Origin: Lingula anatina
Lineage: Eukaryota > Animalia > Brachiopoda
Assembly: GCA_051362555.1 (NCBI GenBank)
Contig: CM120643.1
Span: forward strand, 20,960,848 to 21,024,847
Direction of reading: 5' to 3'
Length of the DNA: 64,000 nucleotides
The notes under the pieces were generated by a model. The model was not told the DNA's origin, ran no database searches, and was given only the letters and a program-made list of their open reading frames with translations. The stretch's first letter is position 1, and the number at the start of each line of letters is the position of its first letter. Positions 28,473 to 42,155 of the stretch are shown here, piece after piece. The position numbers and the translations under genes are program-made.

Positions 28473-29381
28473 AAAGATATCCAACACTTGGCATATTGTA
28501 AAAAATAATCTATATGTAGGACCTGCGATTATTCTTCTCACCTTCAATTTGAATTTGTATGATTATTTTCCCCCGAAAGGGAAGGGTAGAAGTTGCACCA
28601 TTCGGATATTTTCCCGGGAATTCTTTCTTTCGATTTCAAACCTCTGCAGCACGTGGTTATTGGCTTCATAATTGCGCAGAAGACACAAGATACACTTGGC
28701 TAGGTATCAGATCGCTCCTTTTATATTTTTTGGTGGGGATGGGTTTTTTGTCTGAACTCTGATGTAGATTGCCCAGGAAATATATTTCATGTCCAAATGT
28801 GTTAAGCTAGCTTGTTGAAGAAATGTATGAATAAATGCATTCCGTTTGCGCAAGGAATTTATATTACCAAATAGTTGCTCTCTCTCTCTCTCTCTCAGAG
28901 TTAGACGCACGGATTTAAGACCATCTGTAGCTTTCCACTTCATACATTTTACTGCTTTATCATCTCATCTAAAAAAGGAATTTTGACGATGCCCCATCTG
29001 CGTGCAATCGTATTGTGTAATTGTTAGCAAAAATTATTTGTCTGGGGAAATCAATATTCTTATTTCACACATGCAAAACGTGTTTTGCTTAAATAATGAA
29101 TGCTGTATTTTGACGTCAAGTTGTGGCTACCCGTGTCCCCATTCCGTGAAGATGACTTAAAAGACACCGAAATAAAGGTTAATTTTGTGTTCCTCATTCA
29201 ATGCGTTTGGTGACTGGTAATCCCATTATAACTGAAGTGCTTTATAAAAATCATAAAAGCATTTGTATCACGAAATGTTCAAGAGAAAATTTTGTATCAG
29301 TTTAGCTGTATATGGCTTATTTGTTTTTAATTTTTTTAAAATTATTTTGGCTATTTCGATTTTTTTTTTTTCATTATTGTA

Positions 29382-30334
29382 CATTAGGGTGACAAAACTA
29401 TTGCACCATTTTGCTTGAAGGTGAACAACAACTGGGTTTCTTGGTTTTTCAATTGGTATTTTATTGAAAAGTGGTTATGTCACGTTAGTATCTTAACTAA
29501 AGGTTTACAAACCAGTGCTTTGCCCTTATAAAACGCATGTTATTAGGCTAGTATTAACCTTTTGTAGTATAGCCACCCTTCTTGGCTTTAGATTGCTAAA
29601 GGTTCGGTTATCTTTTGAGGACAATGTTGGCCCAGGCTCTAGATACTTTGGATTAGAGCATTTCTGGCAAAGGGGAGAGCCTTCACCAATTGCTTTCCAA
29701 TCTCATTCTACAGGTTTTTTTATGGGATTTTTGTCTAGTGATTGGATAGACCAATTCACCCTGTTGATTTAATGTCGGTAAAGCCACTGTCCTGGCCCGT
29801 TGGGGTGTGGCATTATCATCTTGGAAACAAAAGAATGCTTTCCAGGCCTCATAAACGATAATTGCCGTTTGCTAACCGGAGGCGTAAATTTGTGAGCGCA
29901 AACGCACAAGTTAACGACTCCAGCCACGAATTAAGTACTGCAACGTATTTAATAAGGTTACACAATCTGAGCGTTTTATTACACAAACACAATTTGGCCA
30001 GCTTCCACCCGGGCCTTTGGCTGTAGACATAGGCCCCCTACGTGTTCTTTTTATACGGCAGTAATACGTTCTCGACAATCTCTGGGAGCCATCTATACCC
30101 TCCTCCCTCAGAGAAACAATTTCTGTTCTTTTGTCATTTGTGGGCTTCCGCACCATCACCATGGTTGCAACTTGACAGTCAGAAGAGCGTTTAACCTTCG
30201 ATGAGACCTTTTTTGTGCACATGGATGAAAATCCATCACTGGTTACGCGAGTAATAAACCGCAAATCACTTTTTAAGGACGCGTCCCCCATGTTCACAGA
30301 TACATAAATGGTGCATCACTTTGTCACCCCTCTG
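29382..30334 (-). mobile_element. Decayed Tc1/mariner transposon
   Basis: TIRs cattagggtgacaaaactattgcaccattt / aaatggtgcatcactttgtcacccctctg with TA on the left. The - strand has HTH-like 'MVRKPTNDKRTEIVSLREEG', 'FQDDNATPQRAR' and 'QSLDKNPI' (cf. QDNAP..H and SPDLNPIE). Empty site in duplication unit 1 at about 20560. Confidence 0.85.
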
Positions 30335-30702
30335 CACGTGTAGCATTGCGTAATAGTCTATGACAAATATTATATTTTACGTTTTTGTCAGATCTACCGA
30401 AGAAACAAGAGGTACCACAGTCACTTTCTTACATATAAAATTATACACAGACTGGTTTCCCTCAAACTAAATTTTGGGCACTATATATCAATCCCTATTT
30501 TCATACTAAGTTATTGTGCACCTAATGGGGTTCATCACGTTACGGAAACCCTGGTTGGAATAATTGTTCTCGACGCGCCTGCGCGATAACCTTCTACCAT
30601 ACAACAAGATTCTAACACATACAGGGGACTTGTAGGATTTAAAGTATACGTCAGATACCAAGTACGTAAAATTGATTTAGATCAAAGGAAAAGAAGCCGA
30701 AG

Positions 30703-32414
30703 ATGATACACCCTGCATTGTCTTGTATGTATATCTGTACGCTGTTTAATCCAGGTAAGTTCATTTTTTAATACCGGTGACTAGGGAGACCGGGGCTAGT
30801 TGGCCCAGCTAGATACGTTTGGCCTTGTAGAGCCAACTAGGAATGAGTTAGAGTAACAAAACCGGTTTCTAAGTAAGCCCCATGAACTAAGCTACGTATG
30901 CAACGTCATTATTTTTCAAATATAATGCCAGATGGCTCACAATTTGACAAAAAACGCAGTTGACGTCAGGGGGGCAACTTGCCCCGCCACGGATAGTTCA
31001 TTTCGCTTTAAAAGAAAGTAACAAATTCACTTTTAAACCATATAGTTTGTTTCATCAATGGTCTCTAGCTCTTTTGCGCGCAAAGGTTTTTGGGTAATAT
31101 GAGGGTCTAACTTTCTCCCAGTCAAGGGGGCCAACTAGCCCCGGGTGCACACTTTTTGTTTTAAAGGATGGAAGCCATTTATGGTTCTATAATGAGCAAA
31201 GATGATACATCTCTGTGAAACTTGAAATAATGGGCTTCAGTTTGATACCCTATACATATATTATATTCGATCAAAAGCCTATGAAAATAGATTTTTAAAT
31301 CTCTTAAACAAAATTACTTTTATGTGCAAAAATCGTTTATTTCGACTCACCGCTTAAGTAAAACTTTTTAACGTCCGACACTTCCTTTGCATTGTAGGCT
31401 ACGGTCTCTTTACAAGAGTATGTGGCCAATTCTTTTACCTCGTAGTTACTTTTTCATAAATTGGGGGGGGGGGGGAGGTCCGGAAACTTACCCCGGGGTC
31501 CAACTAGCCCCGATCTCCCCTACATACTTTGTAAATATTATGTACCGGGTAGTTCATGATGACAAGACATTTCCATGACGAACCCTTTTTTGTTTGACTG
31601 TAGTGTTTGGTTCTCGCTATTTTGAGAACTTCAAGTAAATTTTAGATATACGTTATACTGTTGGTTTGGTACCAATATGTTGTAGAGAAGAAAAGGTAAA
31701 AATAAGACTGGATTGTAAATGAAACGGTTTGCTGATAACATTCACATAAAACAGGGAGACAAAGCAATAAAGATGACCTATTCACCGTTATGTTAACCTT
31801 AGTTTGTTTGTTCAAGGATGTCCTTGGTTGTCTAATCCGAATTTTTTTAAATCCAGAGCCCAATTATATATCTAAAGCACCAAAGCTTGTGCACGCGAGC
31901 GATATTAAGTTAAACTTAATATGTCCTCTCCACGGACAGTCCAGCGCATCACTCGTCGCCAATTTTAATTTAAAAAAATCGGAGTCATTCTTCTGTTGCT
32001 ATCTTTCTTTAGATCTCTCTGTTTCGTCGCAGCTCCGGTTGGTACAGAAATGCTTGCAGGACGTAGTCGGACCATCACCCAGGGTTCTTTTAGAGTCATT
32101 TACAAACTGGGCAGAGCTAATAAGTTACGATCGCGTATTCGTGATGAAACCTGAATCGGTGGAGGAGGTGAGAAAGGAAATTGATCTTGTCCGCATTCAT
32201 AGACCCTATATATTTTTAGCTGTTTGTCGAAACTAATGAATAGAAGTAAAAAAGAGCTGCGTCATGTATTTTAAAATGTTATCGTCAGTTTTCAAGGGTC
32301 TTGCAAGGACTGCACATGTAACAACTCAGTTGGGCCTTTGTAACATCTTTCATTTGGATAAGAATTATTTATCGCGACACTGTGCATAATAAACCACTCT
32401 CTCTCTCTCTCTCT

Positions 32415-32482
<68 letters not shown>

Positions 32483-35400
32483 TCCTCAGGTATATAAATG
32501 TAGCTCTTTGATTGCACTAATAAATAAAGGTACTATTTCCATTATTAAGGCCCAAAAGTCCATCTCTTTTTTGACATAAAAGTTTTGTGTAATTAATAAC
32601 ATGTGACTTTCTTTTGCCATCTTTGACAAAAAATTTAAAAATGTGAAAACGATTATCCGTACTTATGTCCGTTATATTCAGATACAGAGAGCGGTATATG
32701 CCGCGCACGCATGCAGAAGACAAGTGCGTGCTGTGGGAAGCTCGCACAGCAGTTCTCCTCTCTTCGGCGACAGGGGTCACATCCATTTAAATCTGTCCAA
32801 TCTCGCATTAGAGAATGGAAAAAGGGTGATTCTTCAGCCACTGGTATGTAATTATGAAAGACAAACAATTCGCATTAAACTTTGAGTAGACTTAATTAAT
32901 TTTCTTGGAAATTGTGCATCTTTCCTTTATCGCCAAAGAATGCTCCATTCAAAACCGTTAAAAATTACGATCTTAAAACCCTTTTAATTTCTATCTTCTC
33001 AGGTGGGAATCACCAATATCCATCGCCACGACGAGGGTGATTAAAAAAATTTGTAGCTTTAGAACTCAAAAATTAAAACTGGGTTACAAATTATAATTCT
33101 GTAAATGGGTTGGGTATGGTATACAAACAACTCGGTGATGAGGGAATATATATATGCAATTTCTAGTACAAGAAATACTTTGTTTTATAAAGTCCTCAAG
33201 TTCATTGTGTGCCTCTGAAATAAATTATTTGTATGCTCTTCTAGTCTGTTTGCGATGCTCTGTTCACATTTTAAATGTTTCCATCCTTTGAAGCATTCCT
33301 GTCCATGTGATATCTACATGTATCTCTACGTTCAGCTTCAATTCGTATCTTAATAAAAGTAAATGTAACTATTTTAAAGAATAAAAAGGCAGGCTTTTGA
33401 AGTATCATTACAGTTAATATCTTTTCACTGACTTCGCCTGGTATTGGATTGAAAGGTAATATTTCAGAATCCCGATCGGCCAGTTGCCTTGGTTAAAGTG
33501 GCACCTAGCGTCACTCAGGCAGAACTGGACAGAGAGTTGGAGGTGCTGGGATATGCCTTTCCCTTCGGGCCCCTCGTTTCAGACGTGACCGTTGCTGGAT
33601 CTATAGCGACCTCATCACACGTGAGACACATTGCTTAAATTTTTATCAAGCAACAAGAGGCTTTTGACTTTTAAAGGCAGTAGGTGCTTTTTAGAGCTTT
33701 TGCCCTTGGTCTGTTCTTCGCTTTAAGTCTTAGTTCTTAATCTTTTTGTAATTTTCCTTGTATATTAATTAAATGTTCACTTTTTCACATTTTAAACTTA
33801 AATGATTTTACATTTCCCTTTTAAGGGCTCCAACACAAACCATTCCTGATGTATATTTTATATACATATAGGCCTCCAGTGTATACCATCTGGATATATT
33901 CGTCTTATTGTTGGTTTTGAAGTATAGTAACTGCAACAGACGGATCCGGGGTTCTTTATAAGGGATCTAAGGGGTGCTCAGGGTTAAAGAATGTTTTGCC
34001 TCGACAAATACTAAATTCACCATAGTACGGGGTTTTTCACATAACTTGATCTACGAAGATTTAAGATAATTTAAGGCAGTGAAATGATACCCTTTAACTA
34101 CACCGGTAAACTGTAGAATTTTGTACGCACCCTGAGTGCCAGGGCTACCTTGAAACTTTCCTCCAAGTATGCTGATAACAGAGTGGTGGGTTCAAGGACC
34201 ACAAACCCAGGGTGTATGTTCGTTGATTTGTTGGGATGCTTAATCTAAAGCACAAAGATTCATCCTTTTATTTTCTAATTTAATTTTTGAAACGGAAAGG
34301 ATCTTTATGAATACTTGGAAAGTGTTTCTTTTACAAATATGGAACTGATACTGAATCAAATAAGTTGTGCTGTTATTTTTTTTATTTATATTTCATAGAT
34401 CAGATAGGCGAATTATTTCCAAATGCCTTTTATTTCAGTCTGCAATCTTCAATGAACCGTCGATAGGTGGCTTCATGACGGCAGCAAGATTGATTGACGG
34501 AAGGGGGAGCGTCAGACAGTTTACTGAGGACAGGACACCTGATGTTATGAAAGCATTGCGATGTAATTTAGGACTGCTGGGAATTGTATTCGAAATTGAG
34601 ATAAAGGTAATTATCCAATCATATGTCAAATGCAATCTCTTTGCAATTTGATCAATAATAATAATAATAATAATAATAATTATTATTATTATTAATTGGT
34701 TAAAAATCCCACTTCGCAGGCGTTAGAACCCTAGAACCCTATTAGGGCATTAAAAAGCACAAGGAACCTTAGATTTGATTAAAAATAAACATATTATTGA
34801 AACTACGTATCAAGTTTACATGTTATAAACGTTTTCCTAAATACAGACGAAGATAGGGCCTACTTGTTGGAGCAGTGATGTTATGTAGGAGATGCAGTTC
34901 TCATTGCCACCCAATCTCATTAAAGCAAAAGACAGTCAGAAAATTCAACTCAAATTTCATTTTTTAGGTTGTTCCACTAGAAACAGTCAGCGTTCGGCGC
35001 ATTTTCACTCCACTGCGTAACTTGTTCAAGGCTCACTATCTCCGAGATCTCGTGACCAGGAACTACATTGTAAATGTTCTGTATTGGGCATATAATTCAT
35101 TGACAGAAGAAGAGGCCAGGTTGGTTTCGGACACAGGAAGAGTACCAAGGACATGGGACAGCGCCAACGATTTGGTTTTGTTACAGTAATGCTCCTTGTG
35201 CACTTGAACACATATGTCCATTTATGATAAAGATCATGCTGATTAAATTCATCACCTTGAAGTTGGCTAATACAGTTGCTAATATTCATTATATTAAAGT
35301 ATTTAATAAGCCATAGTGATCAATGATACGCTCACTGTGAAAATCGCGTAATTTCTACATTTTTAAATCTTTTTCGAGAATAATACAGCCAAGTTTGAGT

Positions 35401-37608
35401 TCTGTCAACCTCAGATTTGAAGATGAAAGACCAAAATCGGCTTCAAACGTTACGATTGTTTTACTAGGGCAAGTACGTATGATTATATGTTTTTCCCATT
35501 TTAAAATGTTAAATTGAAAAAAACGAACTTAAAATTTGGCAAGATGATTGCATTATTCAGAACCTGCTTCTTGATATACACTGAAAAAATTAACTCTACG
35601 CTAATGCTTAAATGGACGAACAAATTCACTTAAAAGAAGGGTGCTTATGACCTAACAAACATACCAGAAACGAATCCTTCTGTGAATTCTTTTCAGAATA
35701 ATTTCAATCAAGCACTTTCTGCGCCTGCCTTCGTTGTTTCAAACCTCAGTCAAGCCACCCACGTGCCCGCCGCCACCCTGGATAGAGCCGAGACCTCGGA
35801 ATACACCATTCAGCATTCAACATTCACAGCAGATGCCAAAGTTTTGAGGGTAAAATCCAACACGGCATAACATTTTGACAATATATAAAGTAAAGCTTTG
35901 TAGATAACATACATGTACCTGTATTTCCCAATTTCAGGTATCGTATTTTTATTACAATCTGTATTGAAAAAGGTATGTATTTCTGTTTATCATGCATAAT
36001 AAATATATAACATTGGAAACGCATCTACAAAGATTGACTATGGCAGATAAATGTGCCTGATTCTCCTATTTTAGTCTCTGAAGAAGACACACAAGCCGAA
36101 AGCTCGGACTCTTTTTATCTATCATATTTGATCTAAATAGACGCGTTTTCAGTGTAATCTATTTATTTGTTATACAAGAGATCAACACGGTGATTGCGAT
36201 AAAGTTTATCATGCAGTTACGAAGTAAACGTATTAGTAGTGGCGGAGTGACCGTATACCCTTCATATATCTTGAATGCGCTGGTGGTATCTTTTAGATCA
36301 TTGCCAAGAGTTCGATCAAACACAGCTGATGTCAATCACGAAAATACAATGTTAATAACAAGTGGACGTAAAGAAAAAAAAAAAAACGTCCAGGGCTCGC
36401 TTTATATGTAATTTAAACCTTTGCTAAGCTGCTAAATGATTTTTTCGTTCTTTTTATTAACAATGTCATCTCATTGTGTTAATTTGCTCATAAATATTTT
36501 TGTCACAGGTTCTGTCATCAATCCTAAACGAAAGGTCTTATAAGGAGGGCATTCAGCCTTTAGAACTGGGGCTGTTCAGATGGTTCGCTGGTACGGATTG
36601 CCTCCTCTGTGCGGGCTCAATGCCAGTAGGGCGGAATCGACACGATAACACCAAGGATCTCGGCCACTTCGCCTCTTTTGATCTACACAAACAAGTAAAT
36701 TCAAGGCAGGACCTCACACGCACGAGGGCTTTCCAATCCGCGGTATGCATATAAAAAGCTCATTTACTCTACACGTTTTGAATTTTGATGATGCAGGTAA
36801 AAGTAAACGTGGATGTGAAATTAGTTGTGTTTATTCAGTATTACACCCACACCCTTTAATTGAGATAGCACCTTCAATATACATGCATAATAAGTACTAC
36901 CTCAAAATTAATTAACTGACATCTGGTGTTTGCACGACGATATTATTGTGGACAAACTTGTCACCGACTGGGGCAGGTTTCACAACAGGACCTAATATGA
37001 AAAGTTACTCAGAACATTTGATCTATTTAAGTTCTGGGGGATGGTGCAGTAGTCCACTAAGATTGATAAAATGTTTTTTTTATATAATGATAAAATGTTG
37101 GGTCTTCTTTCTTGTTACAGCTGTAAAACAGACGCAATATTTTATTTAATAAGACTAATGCTGTATACTGGGCAGTCTAAATTTTGTGGTCTATTTTTAA
37201 AAAGTTCTATTGAGAAACAGGCTACTGGACAGAACGCTGCACAGTCAGGTAATTTAATAACGTATAAATAATATAACTTCGAATATGAGAACACCTTCAT
37301 CCTGGGTATTGATACTTGTCAACATATTAAAAAGGCGTCATAGAAAAAGTACCTATTATTATTATTTTTCTTTTTTTAACTTCCAGGTTATACAAGAATG
37401 GGACAAAATCGGTAACTTGGGGCGTCCTCACTGGGGTAAAGTTCACCAGGTGTTTCCAAACCTGAAACAGCGGATTAAGCTCAGCTACGGTCTCGACTTG
37501 GACATATTCAAAACCATCCGAGAATCACTTGATGCCGACGGAGTTTTCACTAATGCTTTCTTAAGAAATTTGCTTGATATTAAACGTAAAATCTATTATA
37601 TTGATTAG
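30703..37608 (+). CDS. FAD-linked oxidoreductase, L-gulonolactone/D-arabinono-1,4-lactone oxidase-like, probably secreted (copy 2)
   Basis: Exons 30703-30754, 32013-32167, 32682-32843, 33468-33620, 34439-34606, 34968-35185, 35379-35472 (GAG acceptor), 35697-35849, 36509-36742, 37387-37608. Same internal exon sizes and phases as copy 1; VRAVGSSHS and GRPHWGK present. Confidence 0.88.
30784..31520. mobile_element. Non-autonomous TIR element with TA duplication (Tc1/mariner-pogo-like) in intron 1 of copy 2
   Basis: ta|gggagaccggggctagttgg ... ccaactagccccgatctcccc|ta; internal repeats of the ggggc(a/t)agttg motif at about 30970, 31126 and 31486; absent from copy 1. Confidence 0.8.
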
Positions 37609-40421
37609 ACATTCACCACGTGCCATATTGTAATGGGTTATGTAGGACCTACGATTATTCTTCTCACCTTCATTATGGTTATTTGCACCCAAAAAGGAAG
37701 GCTAGAGGTAGCATATAACTGTATAAACACCTTGCTAAAAGTTGCACCATTCGAGCATTTTTCCAGGGATTCCTCTTTTAATCCTTTGGTATCACGCAGT
37801 TATTGGCTTCATAATGGCGCAGTGGACACTTGGCTAGATATCAGATCATTTCTTTTTTTATTTTTTGATAGGGATGGGTTGTTGTTTCGTCTGATCTCTT
37901 ATGTAGGATTGCCTGTAAATATATTTCACGTTTAAATGTGTTAAGCTTGCTTGATAAAGAAATTTTTGAATAAATGCCACTTCGTTTGCGCTCATGTGTA
38001 CAGTCAGAGAACGGATGTACACATTTACGAAATGCGGTAGGTGCTCTCTCTCTTTCTCTCTCTCTCTCCCTCTCTCTCTCCAGAGAGACGCACGAAATTA
38101 AGAGCATCTGTAGGTTTCCACTTCAAACAAATTACTGCTTAATTGTCTAACTTAAAAAAGGGACTTGGCGATGCCACATCTGCGCGCAATCGTATTGTTT
38201 AATTGTTAGCATAGATAATTAGTCTGGGGAAATTAATCTCTTTTATTTCGCACATGCAAAAACGTCTTTTGTCTAATTAACAAATGCTGTATGTTGACGT
38301 CCCCAATCCCAAGACAAATGAAAACAAATGGTGACATGGTGTCAGTATTACAAATTCATTGGCATAATAATTAAATAATTGATGAATTAATTGATTTCCA
38401 AACGTGCCAGATATCTTTGGACCCAATCAAACTCAAACTCTGGAAAGGTGTCATTTTCAATGAAGCTCGATGTGGCAATTTACAATTACACTGTTCTTCA
38501 GAATTGAAATCTGACACGTTATAAATAAATGTTTTTAGCACGTGTAATGCGTTTTTACGTTCGTGCATATAATTAGGTTAAAAGTAACAATGTTATGTCA
38601 ATGGAAATTCATCGTGCGAATCAATACGGTTGACATTAGTCAAACAGAGGTAATTAATGGTGTTGTATTTTAACTTATTGTAATGAAGGCTTGTTTAGGG
38701 ACGTTGTGCCTCTCGGTCGATATATGCATATGAGGATGGAACAGACAAACTTAATTCATATCCTCAAAACATTGACCGAAAGGCAAAAGATAATTGATTG
38801 TGTGAGTACTTTTGTGCATAAGTACGCCGTCTTCCCTAAGACGTAAATTAACGGCGAGGCCTTCCTATAAAAGGTGCATATTTTGTGCTACTTGTCACAA
38901 CGAAAATGAATAGGGTCGAAGAGTACACCGATAAAGTAGAATAACATTTTCTCCTATTTAAGACATCGTGATATTCTCTTCCGAGGGGCAGCTTTTTAAG
39001 AGCAGTATTGTCGTAGTGTAATAATGTGTACCTATATATATATATCACACAAACACCCATCCTGATACACTGACAAGTTCAGGGAATTTCTAAGAGGGGG
39101 TGGGGTGGGGTGGGGGGCAAGAATTATAAGCAAATATAGTACACGAGGATGGTTTTACTATTACATGTAAGGTAAAAGGATATATTATTTGCTTAATTTT
39201 GCCTCTCCTCGCTCTCTTCCTACTGTTTTAAAGTAGAGTGAATGGAGAGGAGGAGTATCCGAGAAACTATCAAGGTGTGGGGGGGGGGGGGGCGGATGAA
39301 CGTGCTCGATGCCCCCAAGATCCCCAGTAGCTGATGTTAAGTAATCATTTATGTTGATCGACGCAATATCACACCTTAGTCTAAGTCTACAATGTTATTA
39401 CGTGAATGAAGGCTGTGTCCGACTTTTTTTTCATCATCAACACATGTTCTTACAAACCGCACTTCTCACAGATTACGCGTAGAAACAAATCGATACACTT
39501 TCAATAAGAACACATGCATAATTTAATAATGCACAAATGAATAAGATAAACACTAGGTCCTTCGGGGCAATGACAAGAACCTGAATAACTGTCTGGAGAG
39601 ATTAATACAACGGAACAATGCCCCACAGACAGGTGCTTTTTTGTGAGAATTTATTGTCCGTGGATATTAAGACTCTTATTAATGCAATTTCACCATGGAT
39701 ACGAACTTGGTTTATCTTTAGGTTATTCACCTGTTTTTTAATGTGTGTATGTGTGTGTGTGTGTGTGCGCGCGCGCGTGTGTGTGTGTGAGAGAGAGAGG
39801 CTGAATCTTATCTTTGTTCGAAAAGTTAGTTTGTGTGAATACCGAACCACGTGATACTGTACATCATCTTACGCCCCGCTCGTAAATAACACATAGGCCT
39901 ATAAGACGTTTATAAGACGACCACAAAGATTCACTTGATTTCGGAACCCATATACATGTACATATAGTCATCCTGAGTCTTTTTATTGTCATGGATTGTC
40001 TCCATGTTAGCTATTGGGCATGCATGTATTTCCACTACATCTACAGTGTACATGTACATACATGTATAATGAAAAACAATAAAAACAATAATATAGATTT
40101 TTTTGAAATGTCACATACAATTATCCTTTGTTTTTTATGAGTCCGTGTATCCAAGTCAGCTTAGAGGGATATTTTGGTATACCTCATACACGAAAGTCAA
40201 ATGAAAAACTGACAAACACTTGTTGATGCATATCTATTACGAACACGTTATATTGCAACTATTAATCAATAAAACAAACTTATTCTAATACAATTTTGTG
40301 CAATACATGACCTATCAAACCCAGATCACTGGCCATGTACATGTAAAAGTCACTGCCAATTCTTAGTAATATGTTATAACGATTCAAATGACCTTCATTA
40401 CCAGAGATATGGTTTACATAA

Positions 40422-40440
40422 TGGCCACCAGGTGGCGCAG
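40422..40440 (+). promoter_or_regulatory. Strong CTCF-like motif
   Basis: tggccaccaggtggcgcag closely matches the TGGCCACCAGGGGGCGC consensus. Confidence 0.45.
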
Positions 40441-42141
40441 GAACATGAGGCGTGGAAAAGACAGCCAAAAGACTCCGTTTTCTGATATGTTCAGTATAGT
40501 TGGCAGTCTGTATTGAGCAATATCCCCGTTGTAAGTTGGAATGGTCTGATAAAGAAGAACTGTCTAATTTGAATCCACCATTAAAGGTAATTAAGACTGA
40601 ATAGCCTCTCCTTTTATAACCAATTTATTTATTTATTCGTTTATATATTTGTTCTTCTAACTTCTTCTGATTATTATTATTATTATTAACCACTTACATC
40701 TCCACTCCTCACCGTGTCCAGTGTCCATGGGTACATGCAGTCGCATCATTAAACAAGGGGTCATATCTTAATCTTAAATATTCATTTAGATTGTTTAAGC
40801 TTAGGGGTATGCAGCACTAAGCAAAGTTTCGACTAGTGACGTGCAGTTTTTTTTTTATATATTAATGAAAGTGTTTACGCTTATACATGTAGATGAAACT
40901 GGTTACAAAGCAGCTTACTCGATAGATAGATAGATAGATAGATAGATGTCTTATTTATTCTGAATAGTGAGCAGAAGCACAAGAAATAAAACAGCATTTT
41001 TTTTTCTTTTTCACAATATCAGCAGGTCAAGCCATCAAAATTGAATCACGCATGTATAACTTACACGTACTGCTACGAATAGTGATATGCAGCTATTTTA
41101 GTTACTGACTTTCGTAAAAGTAGAATGTAAATTACTCTGATATATTGTGCTCATTTTAACTCGATGTCTTCAAACGGTCTTGGGTATACTGCAGTGTTTT
41201 ATTTGGTACTAGTATCTTGCTTAGATCTAAATTTAGCGATCGGTAAACCGCAATTGCTTTCGATGACAATGCAAATCAAACGAGGGTTTTAACTCAAGTG
41301 ACGAGAGGGATTAAGCGCTTCAAACGACTCTTTAAAATAATGTGTCAAATGTCAGTGTATTGATTCATCCTGATCGTTGCCATTGTTATATATACAGGTG
41401 TATGAAACGGCTGAGATATAATCAGACGCTTACAGATTTTCTCCGGCTCTCCAACCGGTCTTAATTTACTGGATAATGGTATCTCCATGTAGACTAGAAA
41501 TACACATTCACTGGTTTCCATCTTAATCCCGGGGCTCCAGAGCTCCTTATAAACACCAGTGTTTGGATATCGTGCGAATCTCACATAAGATGACCTGACA
41601 GTTGGGTTTAATATCGACTCGCTCATTTCAGATCCGAAAAAAAATCTATGACCAGCCCATTTATATTAAACACACGCCGGTATATTTTACTGGCGTTTTA
41701 AGGTTATTTAACCTAATTAATAATTTACAGAGTTCTGCTGTCTATTCTCGGAAAGCACCCGCTTATATTATGACGGTTTAATAACCATGCGTGAGAGTTC
41801 GTTAAGGTAGACCGTCTGTTTACATTTAACTGGTTAGGTTTTAAGACGAACAAGCGGCTCAATTGCGCAGTTCTGTCTCGAAATATCGGTAGGCATGGTT
41901 GAGGCTCTCACATGAGAGAGCTGTTCTTGGTTGGCCGATCTTTCTTCAATATGTAGTTATATAAATACCTGGGCGATTGCGGGTGAGATAAACGCGTTTC
42001 GCAGCGTGAATTACGGTCATTTCGAACTGGCGTGCGTTGCTTTTAATAATCCAATAATGCGGCCAATGTGCGTGTATGCTGTGCTACATGTACGTGAGAC
42101 TTGGATGGTAGTGTTGGTTCCGCAGCCCCTCGAGGTCGGAG

Positions 42142-42155
42142 GTGACGTATAAATA
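42142..42155 (+). promoter_or_regulatory. Candidate TATA box with adjacent CRE half-site upstream of the RGK-like gene
   Basis: gtgacgtataaata within a CpG-richer stretch about 640 bp upstream of the ATG. Confidence 0.3.

Larger units (their letters stand above)
20340..38300 (+). repeat. Head-to-tail tandem segmental duplication (units about 20340-29115 and about 29170-38300)
   Basis: Alignable upstream region (cattataactgaa.t.cttta; agaggtaccacag), exons, introns and downstream sequence (tgctgtat.ttgacgtc at about 29101 and 38285). Confidence 0.92.

Noticed and set aside
33969-34221. Insertion of about 250 bp in intron 4 of copy 2 relative to copy 1
   Set aside because: Probably a repeat fragment, but no paired termini were found to classify it.
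20944-37608. Naming the tandem genes GULO, or treating them as uncollapsed haplotypes
   Set aside because: Motifs differ from canonical GULO, so no symbol is given. Intron and exon 7 divergence and copy-specific insertions are too large for alleles.
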